A DNA stretch of 64,000 bases from Amoebophrya sp. A120 (lineage: Eukaryota; Protista; Dinoflagellata): NCBI GenBank assembly GCA_905178155.1, contig CAJINV010000004.1, forward strand, positions 8,956,411 through 9,020,410. The letters are read 5' to 3'. Below are positions 25,184 through 39,031 of the stretch, piece after piece (the first letter of the stretch is position 1; each line of letters opens with the position of its first letter). The notes beneath the pieces were generated by a model that had not been told where the DNA came from, did no database searches, and saw only the letters and a program-made list of their open reading frames with translations. The translations under genes and the position numbers were made by a program.

Positions 25184-26135
25184 GGGAATATCCCGTCGCT
25201 CTTCGGACCTCGCCATGGTTGCTTTTGCTTGATGAGAGCCAAACTTTATCCACATACTTACACAGGTGTTGTCCGCTCTTTGTCGTACATCCAAAAAGAA
25301 AAAATGTTATTAGCGACAACTTCAGCTACTTGAATAGCAGCACTCCTGTGACAATTCTTTAGTACCCTTCTGCGCATCTGTCGGAAAGGTGAAAAACCTG
25401 TGATGCATTTTGCAACGAAGGTGAACTGAAGATCAGAGAAGTTGAAAGAACCAAATTTCCATCTCATTCGCTCGTAGTAGAAAAGAAAGAGGTAAGTATT
25501 ACCTTACAGCTTATTGTTTCCTCCCTCGTCATTGTCATCGATAATCGAGATTTCGATTTGTTCTTGGCGTTGATTGCTTACTTGTCGTAGTCTTTCCACA
25601 CGAAGATAGAGATCATGATCTGCTGTCGTCAGGCTTCCACCACTGTCGCCTGGCCGCTGACAACGCAAACATTCAATCATCCCACTGCGCGTCAGGATCC
25701 TCTTCGTCGCTTACTCATTCGATCACAGCGGTCCTACTTCATCTCGTGGTCATATCAGTTCATTCTTCGGTGGTGGAACTGGAACCGCGATCAAATTTGT
25801 GGAGGTATAAAACAAAGCCTCTCACACTTGTCGCCGTGAGCAGACAGCTCCATGGCCAACCATCCATCGTGATCGTCAGCAGGTGCTTTTTGTTGTGATT
25901 TTGTCTATCATAGTCAGTGAGGTTTTTGCACTAGCAGCAGTCTTTAATGTCCAAGATTGATTATGAGCACGAGAAACTCAAACTACTCGTTCCAGTCGTG
26001 TAGTCAGCCCGGCCTTTGTTGTGAGTGTGATTGTGAGCCTTCAGAGTCTGTCAGTCAGAACAAAACAGAAATAGAACTAGCAAGAAGCATCAACCCGCCG
26101 TTCCCTGGCATAGATCGATCTACATCAACATCATC

Positions 26136-27462
26136 ATGGCAAGTACTTCTACCAACGCGGCTAGTTCATCTGCAGCGGTGTCCGGCATACATCAGAAAAG
26201 GCATAATTACAAGCTGCGCGTGCGCATTGAGGTTGATGAGGTCTCCAAGTTTCTGGAGTACGGCCCGGACAGAGACTCCTTCGAGAGGGACCATGACGAA
26301 ATTCGAGCGTCAATTACGAGTTTTCTCGGGCGCGGCACCTTTTTCCAATACGTTCAGGACCCTCTCCGCCGCGAGTGTGCGACAGTGGTTCTTGCGCAAG
26401 AGGCGCAAAGGGCCGTGGTACTAAAGAAATGTTCGTCCGCCTCTCCCACCGGTCTCCTGGGCCACAGGTTGGCGCTGGTTCGCGTATCGGCTGCTGAGGA
26501 CGTTCTACCTGACTGTGGTGCAACCGCAGGCACAGCAGCAGAGGATGCAGGTGCGTTCGGTGGTGCCAACAAGGGGTTTAAAAGGGCAGCACCTCCTCCT
26601 CCGGACGTAATATTGGGACGAAACTCCGCCTTAGCGGGTAAGGTTCGACGCAAAACTGACGCGGGTCATTGCGACGTCCAACCACAGAACTGCTCTGAAG
26701 CTTCGCGAAAAGTGTCTGAGCACGACAAGCTGACGCTTCCTGTTGTTAGCGTTCGTGACGAAGCAGCAGCAGACCCGTTGCGCTGCACCGATCGCGATTG
26801 CGATAACGGAATCCACCAGACTTCCAAGACGCGAGCACACGGTGGGGAGCTTGCCGACGGCCGCGCGGAAGTAGACGATCATGGTAAGGAAGGAGGGCAG
26901 AGGCATAGTGATGGCATTTTTTCCTGCACTGTATCATGAAGATACTTATTCCGATAAAAATCCTACATATCAGATTTTCCAAATAGCCCAACAATTGACT
27001 TTTCTGCTTCCAGGTCAACACCGGAGTCTAATTCCTGTGGATGCTCAGCTCCACGCAGGTCGAAACCCCACGAATGTGCTGCGACATTTGCTGGAGCTCG
27101 ATTACACAGCGCTCAAAGCACAATGTCGTGAAGTCCACGATATCTCTGTCTCCTGCGACGAGCCGCAGGAGAAGCTGATCAGCAAAATAGTGCTGTCTCT
27201 GTGTTCCCAAGACTGCGACCGTTCGGCGATGGTGCGGTTTCTGGCGGCAAAAGCCGCCACGGAGTGCCGTCAGCTTGCCGCTTTCTGTCCGCGATTCTGC
27301 AGCGCAGCCGTGAATTCTGCCGAGCGCCGAGACCTGGATGAGCAGTGCAGAGCTGCAAGGAAGAGGCTCGAGAAAATGATGACCGTGCGCGAGCACTTGC
27401 TTCATGACGGCAGGACCGCATTGATGGCCCAGACGAGACAGGATGCTGTGGCGGGTCCGTGA
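26136..27462 (+). CDS. Tandem-family protein: RRM-like plus SAP-like terminal exon
   Basis: KLRVRIEV...RDHDEIRASI...CATVVLAQE; intron 26884-27013; LKAQCREVHDISVSCDEPQEKLISKIV. Confidence 0.75.
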
Positions 27463-28630
27463 AGCCGTCGCCACATTGAGCGAAGCTGCTTCATGTCCTC
27501 ATTCCGTGACCCTAACCGCCTTCTGGTTCTGTTGCGGCGAGCCGAGCCGGACCATCGTGTGAAGGAAGAAGATCCTCCGTTCTGAACTGAGAAGGCAACC
27601 GAGAATCACATCGTGCAAGGAGAACCAATTCCCTCCTCATGCAGGCCTGTAAGAAAGTGAAAGTACCGGGTCCGACCTCAAGTGCAGGATAGGTGAAATA
27701 ATATGTATTTGTATCTGTGGAGATGCACTAGTTTTAGCTGTGCATAGAAATAGTTAAAAAAGATGCTGAGATGTAGTACCTTGTAGGACGACCGGTTTCT
27801 CGGCGTCTCTGTGGCAGGAGGAGCACCGGGAGTGTCCTCTTTGTGTCAGGGAAGAGTGTCTTTGGATCCTGCAGTTCGCATTTGGTCACGATGTGGGATC
27901 ACTTCTGTGTCTGAGTCTGGTCCTCTGTCTCGTTGTGGCTATTACTACAAGTGGAAGGGGCGGTTCCTGGTAAACAATGTTGATCTTGATCTTCAGTAGC
28001 CATTCTCAAGAATGGAGGCGGCATACCCGCCTGTCTTGACGGGGAGCAAATGCACCACTGATCACCATCTTGGGATAAGATGAACACCTTGATGGCCCGG
28101 ATCCCGAACAGGATGGCTGTGTATGTAGAAACATCAGCTGGCCAGCGATTGAAGATCACGAGTTAGGAGGTCGATTGTAATACTCTCGATGGATTGTTGT
28201 TGATGGTTTCGGAGTAATCCGGATCACGCAGAAGTGATGGCGTCCTACCCACAGCTTCGTGAGGTTCAGGATCTTCCAGTTGTAGGGTTCGCAATTTACT
28301 CGATGACTTGTTGCATCATGCCACTGATCCCACGCCTCGCTCGCTGATACAAATAAAAAAAAAACAGAAAAAGCAAGTACATGCCTATGGTATAGTGTGT
28401 CCGCTACAAATAATCATAAGCACGAAGTATCTTGCACCAGTAAAAGCATGAGTCCTGGTTGGTGACCTGTATCTCTCGAGCGGCAAACACATACTCTTCG
28501 TTCTTCGTCAGTGAGATTGTTCTTATCGTAAGGTTATTTTTACAACACTTGTTATTTGCAACGAAACAAATTTATCGATATCGCCGTGAAGGTGAGCCCT
28601 CAAATTCGCACTTGTGCAGTGATAGTGCAG

Positions 28631-31600
28631 ATGGCGAGTAGTAGTGCCACAGAATTCTGCGTCACAATCCGGCAGCGCGGGGGCCGGAGAAATGACGACG
28701 TCATAGTTTTTCGCTGCGTCGGATCAGACCACCAGCGGGAGCTTGTCAAGGAGCCGCCAAGCTCGGCGTTCACCATGCGCGAAGCGGAGACATTGTGCAA
28801 GTCCCTTATCAAGGACGCCGGTGACTGTGTGCGCGACTGCGAGAGGTACCTTAATGCTCGCAGCGACGAGCTTGTGCCATTGGAGTTCCTGTCCGTCGCC
28901 GACCTCGAGAAGCGGCTCCGCGCGCTCGACGACCTATCCTGAGTAAAAACGTCCCCACACCAGAGTTGTAATGCAGATTTGCAAAGACAGGAAGACTTGT
29001 AATGCGCATCCCCATGAGAGCCATTTCGATTTCCAATCGTGTTCTGGAATTTGTGATGCTGTGAACAGGATGAGCAGATGAATCTGTGATGCGGCTGCAC
29101 TTGCTAACCTGCACTACACTGCAGAGCGCAACTTGTCATGCGTGACTCACAAAGCTCGAGCTCCTGGGTTTGTGTTGCAAAATCCCCATCCTGACTCTGG
29201 TGTGGGTACGTTTTTACTCAGGATACGAGCTCCGCGGTACGGTGTTGGAGAACGGTAGAAAGGCCGAGAACTTCGTGAAATTCTATGGCGTTCTCAAATG
29301 TTACATTCTCAACTGTTGCATGATTTGCCATGCAAAATTCCAATCAGAGTCGACACAATCAAGCTGCTTCGCATGACAAATCGCCGAAGGGCCAAATAGG
29401 CTGAAAATCTGTACCAAATCTGTCATGCAAAAGGCGCAAGCTTCCCCCTTGTAGTTTTGCCATTCTTGCATCACAAATTCATGTAACAGTTGAGAGTGTA
29501 ACGTTTGCGAACGCCATGAATTCCTTCGCTTTATCGTGGACGACAAGGACGCCGACGTGTGGGCGGGCATGAAGCCGTGGCTGAATGACGAGGCAAAGTC
29601 TGGCCTGGACACGATAAAAACACACTGGACGGGAGTCGTGAGCACGAAGTGCAACGAGTTGCGCGAGCGATACGACGATCTTCTTGAAAAAAAGATCACG
29701 CCATCTTCTCTTTTTGGCCGCGGGCCGAGCACAACCACAAACGGCGGCGGTAAGTAGAGTTTCAATTCTACCATGATGCTAACATAAGGACAAACGGCAG
29801 AGCGTGCAAGCGTTCTTTCTGTACGAAGAGTATTTTCATCACATTCATACTCATGGCTGTGACTTTTGCGTATAAGAGTGAGACTGCTGACGCTACATAA
29901 ATCGTGGGGCTTGATGCAGCCTCACCGAATCTCATACATAGATACTTTGCTGGAGTGAAAACACATAACTCAATAAACGCAGATCTTCAACGTCATCAAG
30001 AGCGGCCCACAACCAAGGGCGAGCACACGATGGATGCGACAGGGCAAGGGGGAAGCGGTTCGGGGGTGGTCCTGGCCTGGGGCGCCACGCGCGACGGGCG
30101 ACAAGAGAAAGGAAAACCGGTTTCCAGTGTCGGCCCTGCGCATCGGGCGGACCCGTCGGGAACGCAGTACGGCGTGCAAGGCAAAGGTGGCGGGCTTCCC
30201 ATCGGCGCGTCAGTTTCTTGCGGAGCACTCGGAGCGCCACAGTCCTCGCAGGCAGCTGGATCGGGCGTAAAGCCAACCGGATCCACGAACCGCCAGAATA
30301 GACCTATTCGTATTCATTCTTGTTTCCTAAACAGAAAAGTACTTAACTGAAACTGGTTGCTGCTCACGGCGCTGGTGTCGTGATTTTTGCTATTGCATCT
30401 TGTCATTGAAGGGCGTTTACTACATTTTTGCTTTTTAGTACGAGTACGTGAATAAAATTTTGACTGAACGACCTGCCGACAGCTGGTGACTGGCAGTGCC
30501 CGAGATGTGGCGAGAACGTGTTTGCCAGCAACGTGTCTTGTTTTCGGCGCGAGTGCGGCTGTTCGGAGCGCGATCTGACCAATGCTGCTGTTCGCCCCCT
30601 CCAGGTTCGCGATGGAGTTGTAAGATCTTTGACACAGGAGGAGGCTAGCCGGGCGGTGAAGTTGTGGTTTGCGCTGAAAAATGACATACAGGAAAGGAAT
30701 ATCCACGCTTATCTGAGGAAGTTCCTTCGTAAGCTGTCTACCTCGGCAATGAGTTTTCCTCTCGGCATCGTAGATTACGGGCTGAACAGGAATGATAGCC
30801 AAGAGCCGGTCCAACTGCCTCGTACTGCTGGTGCGGTCGGTGTCTTGCTTTTCGAGTCACGCGAGGCGGCCCAGGAGCTTGCGCGGCAAAAAGTCGTGCA
30901 GATTGCGTGTCCGGACGGTTGGGGGCAGCACGGACCACTGTTCGCCGAAATTTTCGAGTGCGGGGGCGGGGCAGTGACAGCCGGATCAAAGATGGAAGGC
31001 GACGATGCGGTTGGTGGTAAAAATAAAATAGATGTGGATTTTTTGTATTGCGAGGACGTTATTTCTACGCTGACTTCGAATCGTTGAAACTACCAAAGAT
31101 TTCTGTCTGATGCAGTGTTGATACAACCCACGGTCACGGCTCTTTTTGTTTTCCCTCCGAACTCCTGTCCAAGAAGCTCGAGTCGCATAGAATGTGCTTT
31201 TCTTGTTGTAAGGTGATACGAGTAGAAATTACGTGGGCGACGTCGATGATCAGAGTAGACGTGACGCGGACATGGAGTGGCCGGGCGATCGCGACACCAA
31301 GCAACGTGTGGAGAAGCGCCCGAGTGCAGGAGCCGAGGCCGAAAAGCAGACCGAGGTCGACATCGACGAGGCATTCACCCGGCCAGATTCCAAACCCCCC
31401 AAGCGGCAGAAGCTCGACGAGGGCGGAAGCCCCACATCAACAAATAAAGACGGCACGATAAATCAGAAAATGCAATCTGCAGTTGCAGATGCAGCAACGG
31501 GAAGTAGTAGCAAAGCCCATGCTGTTTCACACGGCCCGGTCGCCAAATTAGAGGAAGCACCAGGTGGTGGTCCGCTACGAGCAGTTCCCGTGCGCGGAGT

Positions 31601-32305
31601 AGGGAAGCTTCAGGCTGCGTCAGGCGTGAACGAAGAGGATCGCAACAAAGCTGCACCACCCAAGGTAGACACACAGAAGAACGAACCTGGCAGCAGCAAA
31701 GCATCCTTAGGGCTGGCGAAACTTGGTAAAGAATACAGATGAAATGCACTTCATTTTTCGTTAGAGACGTAAAGGGGAAAGGAGCCCGCTGTTGCACGGC
31801 TTCGACGAGCTCCTCCGCGTATCGGTCGGAAAAACGATATAGTTTATTTGACTGGCTTGCACGTATTTATTGCCAACTTGTCGACAACGATACTATACTA
31901 TTTTGCACAGGTACAGCGGAAAAGGAAATGCGGAAGAAGGTAGATGAGGTTCTAGCCCGCCAGGGTCGCACGCTCAAGACCTACTGCAAACAACTTGGGA
32001 TTAAGGTAAAAGAGAACGAATGGAAGGAGCAACTGGTGATCAAGGTGCTGCTGAAAGAGTTCGGAAATGCGCGAGTGGAAAAGTATCGCACTGTTGTGCG
32101 ATATTTGTACGCAAAAGCAGCCGCCGCGGCTCTAAACGTCAATACTGCATCTCCTTCCATTGACGGAAAAGGGGAGGACGCCTGGAAGGACGGCCTGAAA
32201 GCGTTTGATCTGATCTGGAAGGTTGCGGACGAGATTCGGAACAAGAAACTTCCAGTGACCAGCGGCCCGTCCAGCAGCAGTAGCAGCAGCAGTGCTAAGA
32301 CGTGA
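28631..32305 (+). CDS. Tandem-family protein: N-domain, RanBP2 zinc finger, RRM-like, SAP-like
   Basis: 2 introners; introns 29750-29982, ?-30482, 31017-31212, 31726-31910; GDWQCPRCGENVFASNVSCFRREC at 30485; LKTYCKQLGIKVKENEWKEQLVIKVL. Confidence 0.7.
28935..29225. mobile_element. Introner family C
   Basis: Highly similar to 10875-11157; TSD CGACC/CGAGC. Confidence 0.95.
29284..29518. mobile_element. Introner family D (ATG end)
   Basis: Family D TIR; TSD AATTC. Confidence 0.93.
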
Positions 32306-33085
32306 GGAGATATTGGCTCTACAACTATGATTCAAAGAACTTCCATCTCATGGCTTTTGCCGTTCCGAATCGCTTTGCTCATCACATCGTGGATCCGTTA
32401 AAGGTGGACGTAGCGTACCTAGCAGATAGACTGAAAAATAGCTGCGGCTGCACTGAAGACTCTTCAAGTAGAGAGTCGTGATTTCTTCCTATTCCACTAC
32501 CCTTTTACCGCCTGACGGGTTCTGGCTTGATCCATGACAAGCGGACGATCTCTCAAATGATATGAACATAGTGGAAGACCACCCATTGCGCCCTGCTCCA
32601 GATCCGGCGAATAATGTGTATCACCTCGACATTCGTCGCGCAGCATATTTAGATCCACCTCTTCGTTGAAGTACGGCTTGTTTTCACAGGATGGTCGACA
32701 GCAGGAATTTCAGGAGCAATGCGGCTGGTTCGGGTGCTCCCGCAGCCCTCATAGTGCATCCATTTTGCCCGCGCAATGATTTCCACTGAAACTTCTGGTA
32801 CAGAAAATCAGTGAGAAAAAGTATCGCCTGATACTCAGCCTCAGGTGTCACTTTATATATTTACACACAACAATTAAGGCTCGCTACATGTCTCCTCGTA
32901 TACGTACACTACTTAGATGAGATTGGAATGTCCCCTGACCCTTCTCGCCACACCAACTTCACGTGAGCTGTTATCGGTCGATTCTTTTTTCTTTCTCTTT
33001 TCTCGAGTCAATTGTTTCGTCTTGCTTGACAAATTCCAACTGCTTTAAGATTGTAAGTACGTGGCAAGAGCAAATAAACGAAAAA

Positions 33086-34616
33086 ATGAGCGTGGATTCG
33101 ATGATATGGATCACACTGGCCCCGGTCACCGAAAACGCTAAAGCCCCAGCGGAAACTTGGGAAACCTGGACAGATGACCACTTTTATGATACTTTCAAGA
33201 TAAATGCGTCGCTCGCTGCGTTTTCGGCATGAAAGCGAATTGCGCAACTCCCCATGGCAAGATCTCTATGAAACTTGTACTTGCGACGATTTGTATTGAC
33301 GACAAGCAGCAAGGGGATCAATCCTGAGTTTGATGCCATGCATGACATGATGCCCCGATCATGCCGAGCACGGCGGTAGCAGGCAGGAGAATTTTGGGTG
33401 CTCAGAAGCACGAATGATTCTTGCTGTCGGTTCACTTGGTGTTGTTCATTCCAGACCTAGCAGCAGTGCGACAGCGTTTTTGTTAAGTACTGATACATGG
33501 GAAGCAGAGCAGGGTATTCATTCGTTTGCGGATGGCGAAGAGCCACCAAGATACCAGCGCGATTTGAATCGGCCACGGTGCGCTGTCGTGCGGTGTCGAG
33601 ATGCGGACGAGAAAGACCGGCTGCTTCGTACCTTGAGGAATCCGCGTTGCAGGTTACTTGCGTCGAAGCGCTGCACTGCGACCGACTACAAGGAGCGGCC
33701 CGTGAGTGATGAGGAGAATCATGGAGGGGGCGGCGCGACAGGTAGCTCCGCGGCATCGTCGTCGCGCGGCGCCAAAACGAAACGGGAGGCCGCAGCGGAA
33801 GCCGGGGGTTCGGGCGACACAAAGAAAAGCAAGAAGGCACCGAAAGCGGACAAAAACGTGGCTGGTCAGGTAGAGGATGCGGTCGTGCAGGAGGGGAAGG
33901 AGAAGGCTAGCAGCAGCTCTAGTAGAAAGGCAGGGGAAGAGCTGCCCGAAAACGAGAAGATGAATAAAGGCGAGCATGGTACTGCATTTCTTTTGTTTAG
34001 GAGCCTATGACAGGTGCTTGTATGTGGTGGGGCAAATAAAGTATCATTCCCCGAACCTGACTTTGAGTTTTCACGTTGAATCCGAAATGATGACGTTCAT
34101 GTGGTTGGTAAACAACAACTCGTAGTAGCGATCTCTCTGTAAAAAGATCTTCGTCTTGCAACGGTTCCACAAAAATTTCTTTCAAACATACAAGGTGAAG
34201 GTTCGCAAAAGTCCGTACCTCTGCAGAGCGTCGACTCGTTATTGGACCTGAGTCAAAAGCACGCGAAGGTAAAGCTGGCGGAGTTGTTGGGTGTCGATGT
34301 TGGCAACCTCAAGCTGGAAGGATGGGACAGGCGCGAGGAGCTAATCATCGCCAGGATCCTGCGGAACGCGTTCCCCGCCTCCGATGCCCCCGTCATCAAG
34401 CAGCGCATATCGGAAAGGTCAGAGGAGGAGCTCCGAAAGGTCTCGAGCCTCATTGGGCAGCTCGACGACCTGGCAGCAGAGTCGCCGGAAGCGGACCGGG
34501 TCCGCGAGGAGTGCGAGAAGGTGCGGCAGAATGTGGAAAAATTTCTGCGGGTGCGGGGGCGCTACGCGGAGAAAGAAGGCAAAGCAGATTTGGTACAGGG
34601 CAGCGCAGAACAGTAA
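33086..34616 (+). CDS. Tandem-family protein: RRM-like plus SAP-like
   Basis: Degenerate introner 33185-33495 and intron 33979-34194 give TDDHF|EAEQGI...CAVVRCRDADEKDRLL and KLAELLGV...REELIIARIL. Confidence 0.65.
33185..33495. mobile_element. Degenerate introner
   Basis: TATGATACTT..GTCGC / GCGACAG..AAGTACTGATA; removal + 5 nt restores frame. Confidence 0.6.
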
Positions 34617-35415
34617 ATGCCATTGGTTTATACTTGGATCTGCTAGAAGTGGATGTTGCAGCGAGCGCGCCGCTGCTGATCGAGGGAATTATTGGCACCA
34701 GGGACGAGCATGCAGAAAATGGGGTCTGTGCCTGCAAGAATGCTGCGGCTTTTTTCACCAAAGTAGAAGCGACACTCCTCGAGCTGGTTCCTGTGTCGAT
34801 GTGAACTTTTTCTTGTCTCGCCGATTTTACCGATGCCGCAACTTGTGGTTTCTAACTCAGCTGAACTTAGCTGGCTGCTGATCCACTTGAGCTCTTTTCA
34901 CCCTCCATGCAATTGCGTAGAAAAACGAGGAGATCCCATTTTCATATTCATCACAACTTGTCTTTCGAGAGACGTCCTTTTGTTCGAGGACAGCACACAC
35001 CCAGGTCAATATGGTAGACGTTTTTTTTCCGCTTTCGCTTTTTTCAGTCTTCGTTTGCTGCAATTCATGCTGCGAACTACTTAGTGCGATTTCCATTTTT
35101 CGCTTGAATCTGCATGAAAGCTTCTGGATCTTATCAGGACTTGTTAGATTGGCTTTATTTGTTGATGTTGCGATTTGACTTTATATTTCTTTTTCTGTAG
35201 GGTATGTCTATGTTCTATGTAGGCGAACAACTTGAATTTGAGACATTCACAACCGCTTGCTTTGCGGACAATTGAAGTTCTGGTTCTGGAACACTCTTAA
35301 GTTCAGTACGTATTAGCATCGTATCGAGTTTTTGTCGTTTTTGTCCATCTCAAATAGCGTGTCGCTTAGCCACCTCACTGAAGCTGGCGAGGTAGTTCTT
35401 CGAAAGACACTGAAG

Positions 35416-38400
35416 ATGAGCGTCACAAGAAAAGAGTCTAATTCTCCTCCTTCCACCAGGGAAAGGCAAATCCTGGAATTTTGGGTTCCGGAAAGCGAAG
35501 GTGATCAGACGCAGGTGACTTTGTATACGGCCTCAAAATCTGAGTGCAGATACCGGGCTCGGACAACCAGGCAAGACGAACTGCCAGTCGGGGCTCGGAC
35601 GCTCGAGGAGATGGTTAAATTAGCGGAAAACTCGATCGAGGCGTTCAGCCGCGCGACAGCAGACCTGAGGCTGGAAAGCGGGCGCGATGGCGCACAGCAT
35701 GCGGGAGATACGGCGGACGATGCGTTGCAGTTGCTGGAGTATGTGATCCAAGCAGAAATTGCTTGGGAAGCAAACGGGGAAATAAGGAAGTGTATGATTA
35801 CTCAACACTACCGCGAGCGAGTTTCCGCTGCACGCGAGGGCTTCAATGCTGCGGTACAGGAATTCACGAGAGTATGAAAGTGCACAACTCCCCCTTCCCC
35901 TCATTTGTCATGCAAAATAGAAATACCCAATCCAGATCCACCCTTTGCCTCTTTGCACTGTTTGCATCACAAGTTCTGGTAGCCCAAATAGCACTACAAC
36001 CCTGTGCAAATTTGTCATGCAAAACCGGCATGCTTGCTGATGCTTGTACTGCCGTTCATGCTATACAAATGAGGGGAAGGGGGGGCTGTGCATTGTTATA
36101 GAGAGCCAAGGAAGACCAAGACGCCCGGAATAACCCCATTGTTGGCCGGGCGAGAGCATCAAGAGCGAGTTCTTCGGGTTACTCCCTTTCATCCGACAAT
36201 AGAGAAGCTGCGAAGGTCCAGGGGGCCGCGTATGGTCCGGAGTCGAAAATAAACGGCCTCGCGCCGTCGAGCTCGTCTACATTTCGAAGAACAAGGACAG
36301 AGCGTGGTCGAGACCGTAGAGGAAGAAGTGCAGACTCGGATGGAAATAAAGTAGCGACCAGCTCGTGGGATAGGAAAACAGCCGATGATCGAGATAGGAA
36401 AACAGCCGACCGAGGTGAAGGAGGGCGCGAGCGAGATCGAAGGAGCAGTGGGAGATCACGCAGTGCCCGACGCAGAAAGCGAAGTAGCAGAGCGCGCAGT
36501 AGACGCGCCTCCAAGTCGAAGACCGATCGAAAAGCCGCATCACGGTCACGGTCACGGGATCGAGCGGTGTGGAAGCGGTCGGTCGAGGCCCCTCAACAGG
36601 GGACTGGGTTGCTGACGGGAGCGGATGGGAGTGGTAAGTGTATTTTACTTTCTACCTTTTTTGTCGAGTAGCGATGGAGATAAAGCAAAAACGTCATCCA
36701 GTTTTAGAAAACTCGCTGGGACATCTTTTGATCCTCCTCTACATGATTATTACAGGTGCACCAAAAGCAAAACAACTTTCTTCTTCATCAAGTTCGTTGC
36801 GGCGTTCGTACAACACGTCAGCCAAGAAAAGCGAACGGTTTTTGTCGGAGGCGGAACAGGAGCGTGCAGTCTTCATCAACTGGCCCATGCATTACGAGCA
36901 CGCCGCCGTCTCACCCGCGGCGGAGGCCGATCACGACTGTATTCGGGAGGAGCTGTTTCGCCGGGTCGGAGGAGAGCATCGCGTCGTAGACTACTATTGC
37001 CAGGACGAGCACGCTGTGGTTGCGGTGTTCGCTGACGCAGCGGACGTGGAAAAAGTACTTGAGGCGTCGCAGCGCCTGAGTTTATTGGATCCAGAGTACC
37101 AGGCCGACGCTTTTTCTTACAACCGTGATCGAGCCGCGTCTTCTGCACCTGTTCCGAAGCACGATGCTGGGGCACGGCAATCTGGCTCGTCCGTTCAGCA
37201 AGCCGCTGGAGCTGTTTCCGTTTCATCTGGTTGTGACGTGAAGGAGAAGGAAAAGGAGCAGGACGAGCAGGAGAAAGCAAGAGCAACCGGCAGCAGCAGT
37301 GCGCTAGTAGGAGCCTCTGCCTCCCAGCTAGTTGCCAGAGGCGCTGCCGCGGGAGCCAGTAGCAAAGGCGAAGCTGAAGAAGAGCCACTGGCAAAGCGCA
37401 AGAAGACCGCTGAGAAGAAAGGCGGAGCCCTAGTAACCAAACGGAATAAGGCAGCTGGGGCGGGGCCTGCGAGTGGAAAAAACGAAGAAAACAACCCGTC
37501 CTCCTCGGCTTTAGGGCGTAGCAAAAGCAAATCGACGCGGGCGGGCGCTTCGTCGTCAGGCAGCGGCGTGCTATGTATAGTGATACAACTCTATGTAATA
37601 CTAATTTCTTCTGCAGTAATTATAGAGGCCTTGAGCTACTAGTATTACAAATGCGGATTTCATCTCCTCCTCGTGGCAAGATCTGCATAATATAAAATGA
37701 ACCAAAAATTATGTCTCGAAAACGAATAGGCGCCGGCGCGGCATCGAGGCAGACGGGTACGTTAACGGAAGACCTGGCGCAGCAAGTACGGTTGAAAGTT
37801 GAGGAATTCGTTTTCACCGTTGGCGTAAAGAAGTTGAAAGCCATATAACCTGCTCAGGTGTTACAATCTGAAGCGTTGCAATAGAATATGGAATTTGTGT
37901 TGCAAAATCCGCAACATCTGGCCTACCCCCAAAGGAGCGCGCATGACAAGTTTCGGAGCCCCAAACCCCATGAGATTCTGACGAAATTTGTATTGCGAAA
38001 AGCCCAAGTCTCTGTATTGTAAAGAGGCTGTTCATGCAAGACAAATTCCAGATTGTATTGTAACGTTTGAGATTGTAACATCTGAGCAAGCCATAAGCCA
38101 AGTGTGCGGAGCTGGGCGTTCGATTGCCGGAACGCACGTCACTTTTACGCGTGCGCTATCAAAATGAAAAATCCCCCGTCCCCATATTAAAACGGAAATT
38201 TGTGATGCTGATTTGTGGTCAAACATCGTCTTTGTCTTGCATATAGGGTCATAGGAGCCATTTTACGCATTCCAGAGCAAATCTGTCATGCGCTTTCGAT
38301 ATCAAATGCAAAAATGTCTGGGTCTGGAAGAATGCAACTTGTAATGCGTATTTCAGAACACAGAAAAGTCTCTCATGCATACGTAGCAAAAGCAGCCACT

Positions 38401-39031
38401 TTTTGTCAGCAAAATAGGGGACTTGTCATGCGGATTCGGCATTGCGGAAGGTTCTCGAAACCTGTGATGCTAGAGCTTCCATGCCAGACCTTCTGTGTCA
38501 TGCAAAAACAGCATGAATCTTCCTTTCCAGACCCAGACATTTTTACATTTGATATTCGACTATTGCGAACCTGTACCTGTTTGCCATGCGCAATTGCTAG
38601 CCTTCTGCATACCCAAACAGGCCAAGAAAATGCACCCACGCACCTTCTGCAAGACAGATCTGATTTGTGTACGCAAATCCAGCATCAGAAACTTCGTTTC
38701 GATATGGGGAGGGGGGACTTTTCCTCTCAATATGCGCGCGTACGCGCTGCAGAAATGGAGTAAAACCTTGAAGACAACTGATCGGCCATCTCTACTCACG
38801 CTCGACGAGTTGCGTCGGCGAATCATGGAGATTGGGAAAACCTTGATTGGGCGTCTAAGTGACCTCGAGGCACTTGAGGAGGCGGGGGCAGAAGATGCGC
38901 GGCTGGAAACTGCCCGCGCGGAGTTGAAGGCGGTGTGGGAAAAATTTGATACCATTAAAAAGGTGACGGATTCATACATCGAGGCAGAAAATCTGCCCAG
39001 AGAGGAGAACGAGGAGGGTTCTCAAAACTGA
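35416..39031 (+). CDS. Tandem-family protein: N-domain, RD/RS-rich, RRM-like, SAP-like
   Basis: Introners at 35873, 37844, 38157; introns 36634-36755 and about 37560 (GC donor?)-37729; RAVFINWP...DHDCIREEL...AVVAVFAD; VKKLKA|KCAELGV. Confidence 0.7.
35873..36100. mobile_element. Introner family E
   Basis: Family E TIR; TSD GAGAG. Confidence 0.93.
37844..38095. mobile_element. Introner family F
   Basis: TIR TAT..C.TGCTCAG.TGTTACAATCT; TSD AGCCA. Confidence 0.93.
38157..38732. mobile_element. Introner family G (hosts a nested element)
   Basis: TIR TAT...GAAAA.TCCCCC.TCCCCATAT; TSD TGCGC. Confidence 0.92.
38300..38554. mobile_element. Introner family A nested inside the family G element
   Basis: Intact family A TIRs with their own TSD TTCGA. 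Confidence 0.93.
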
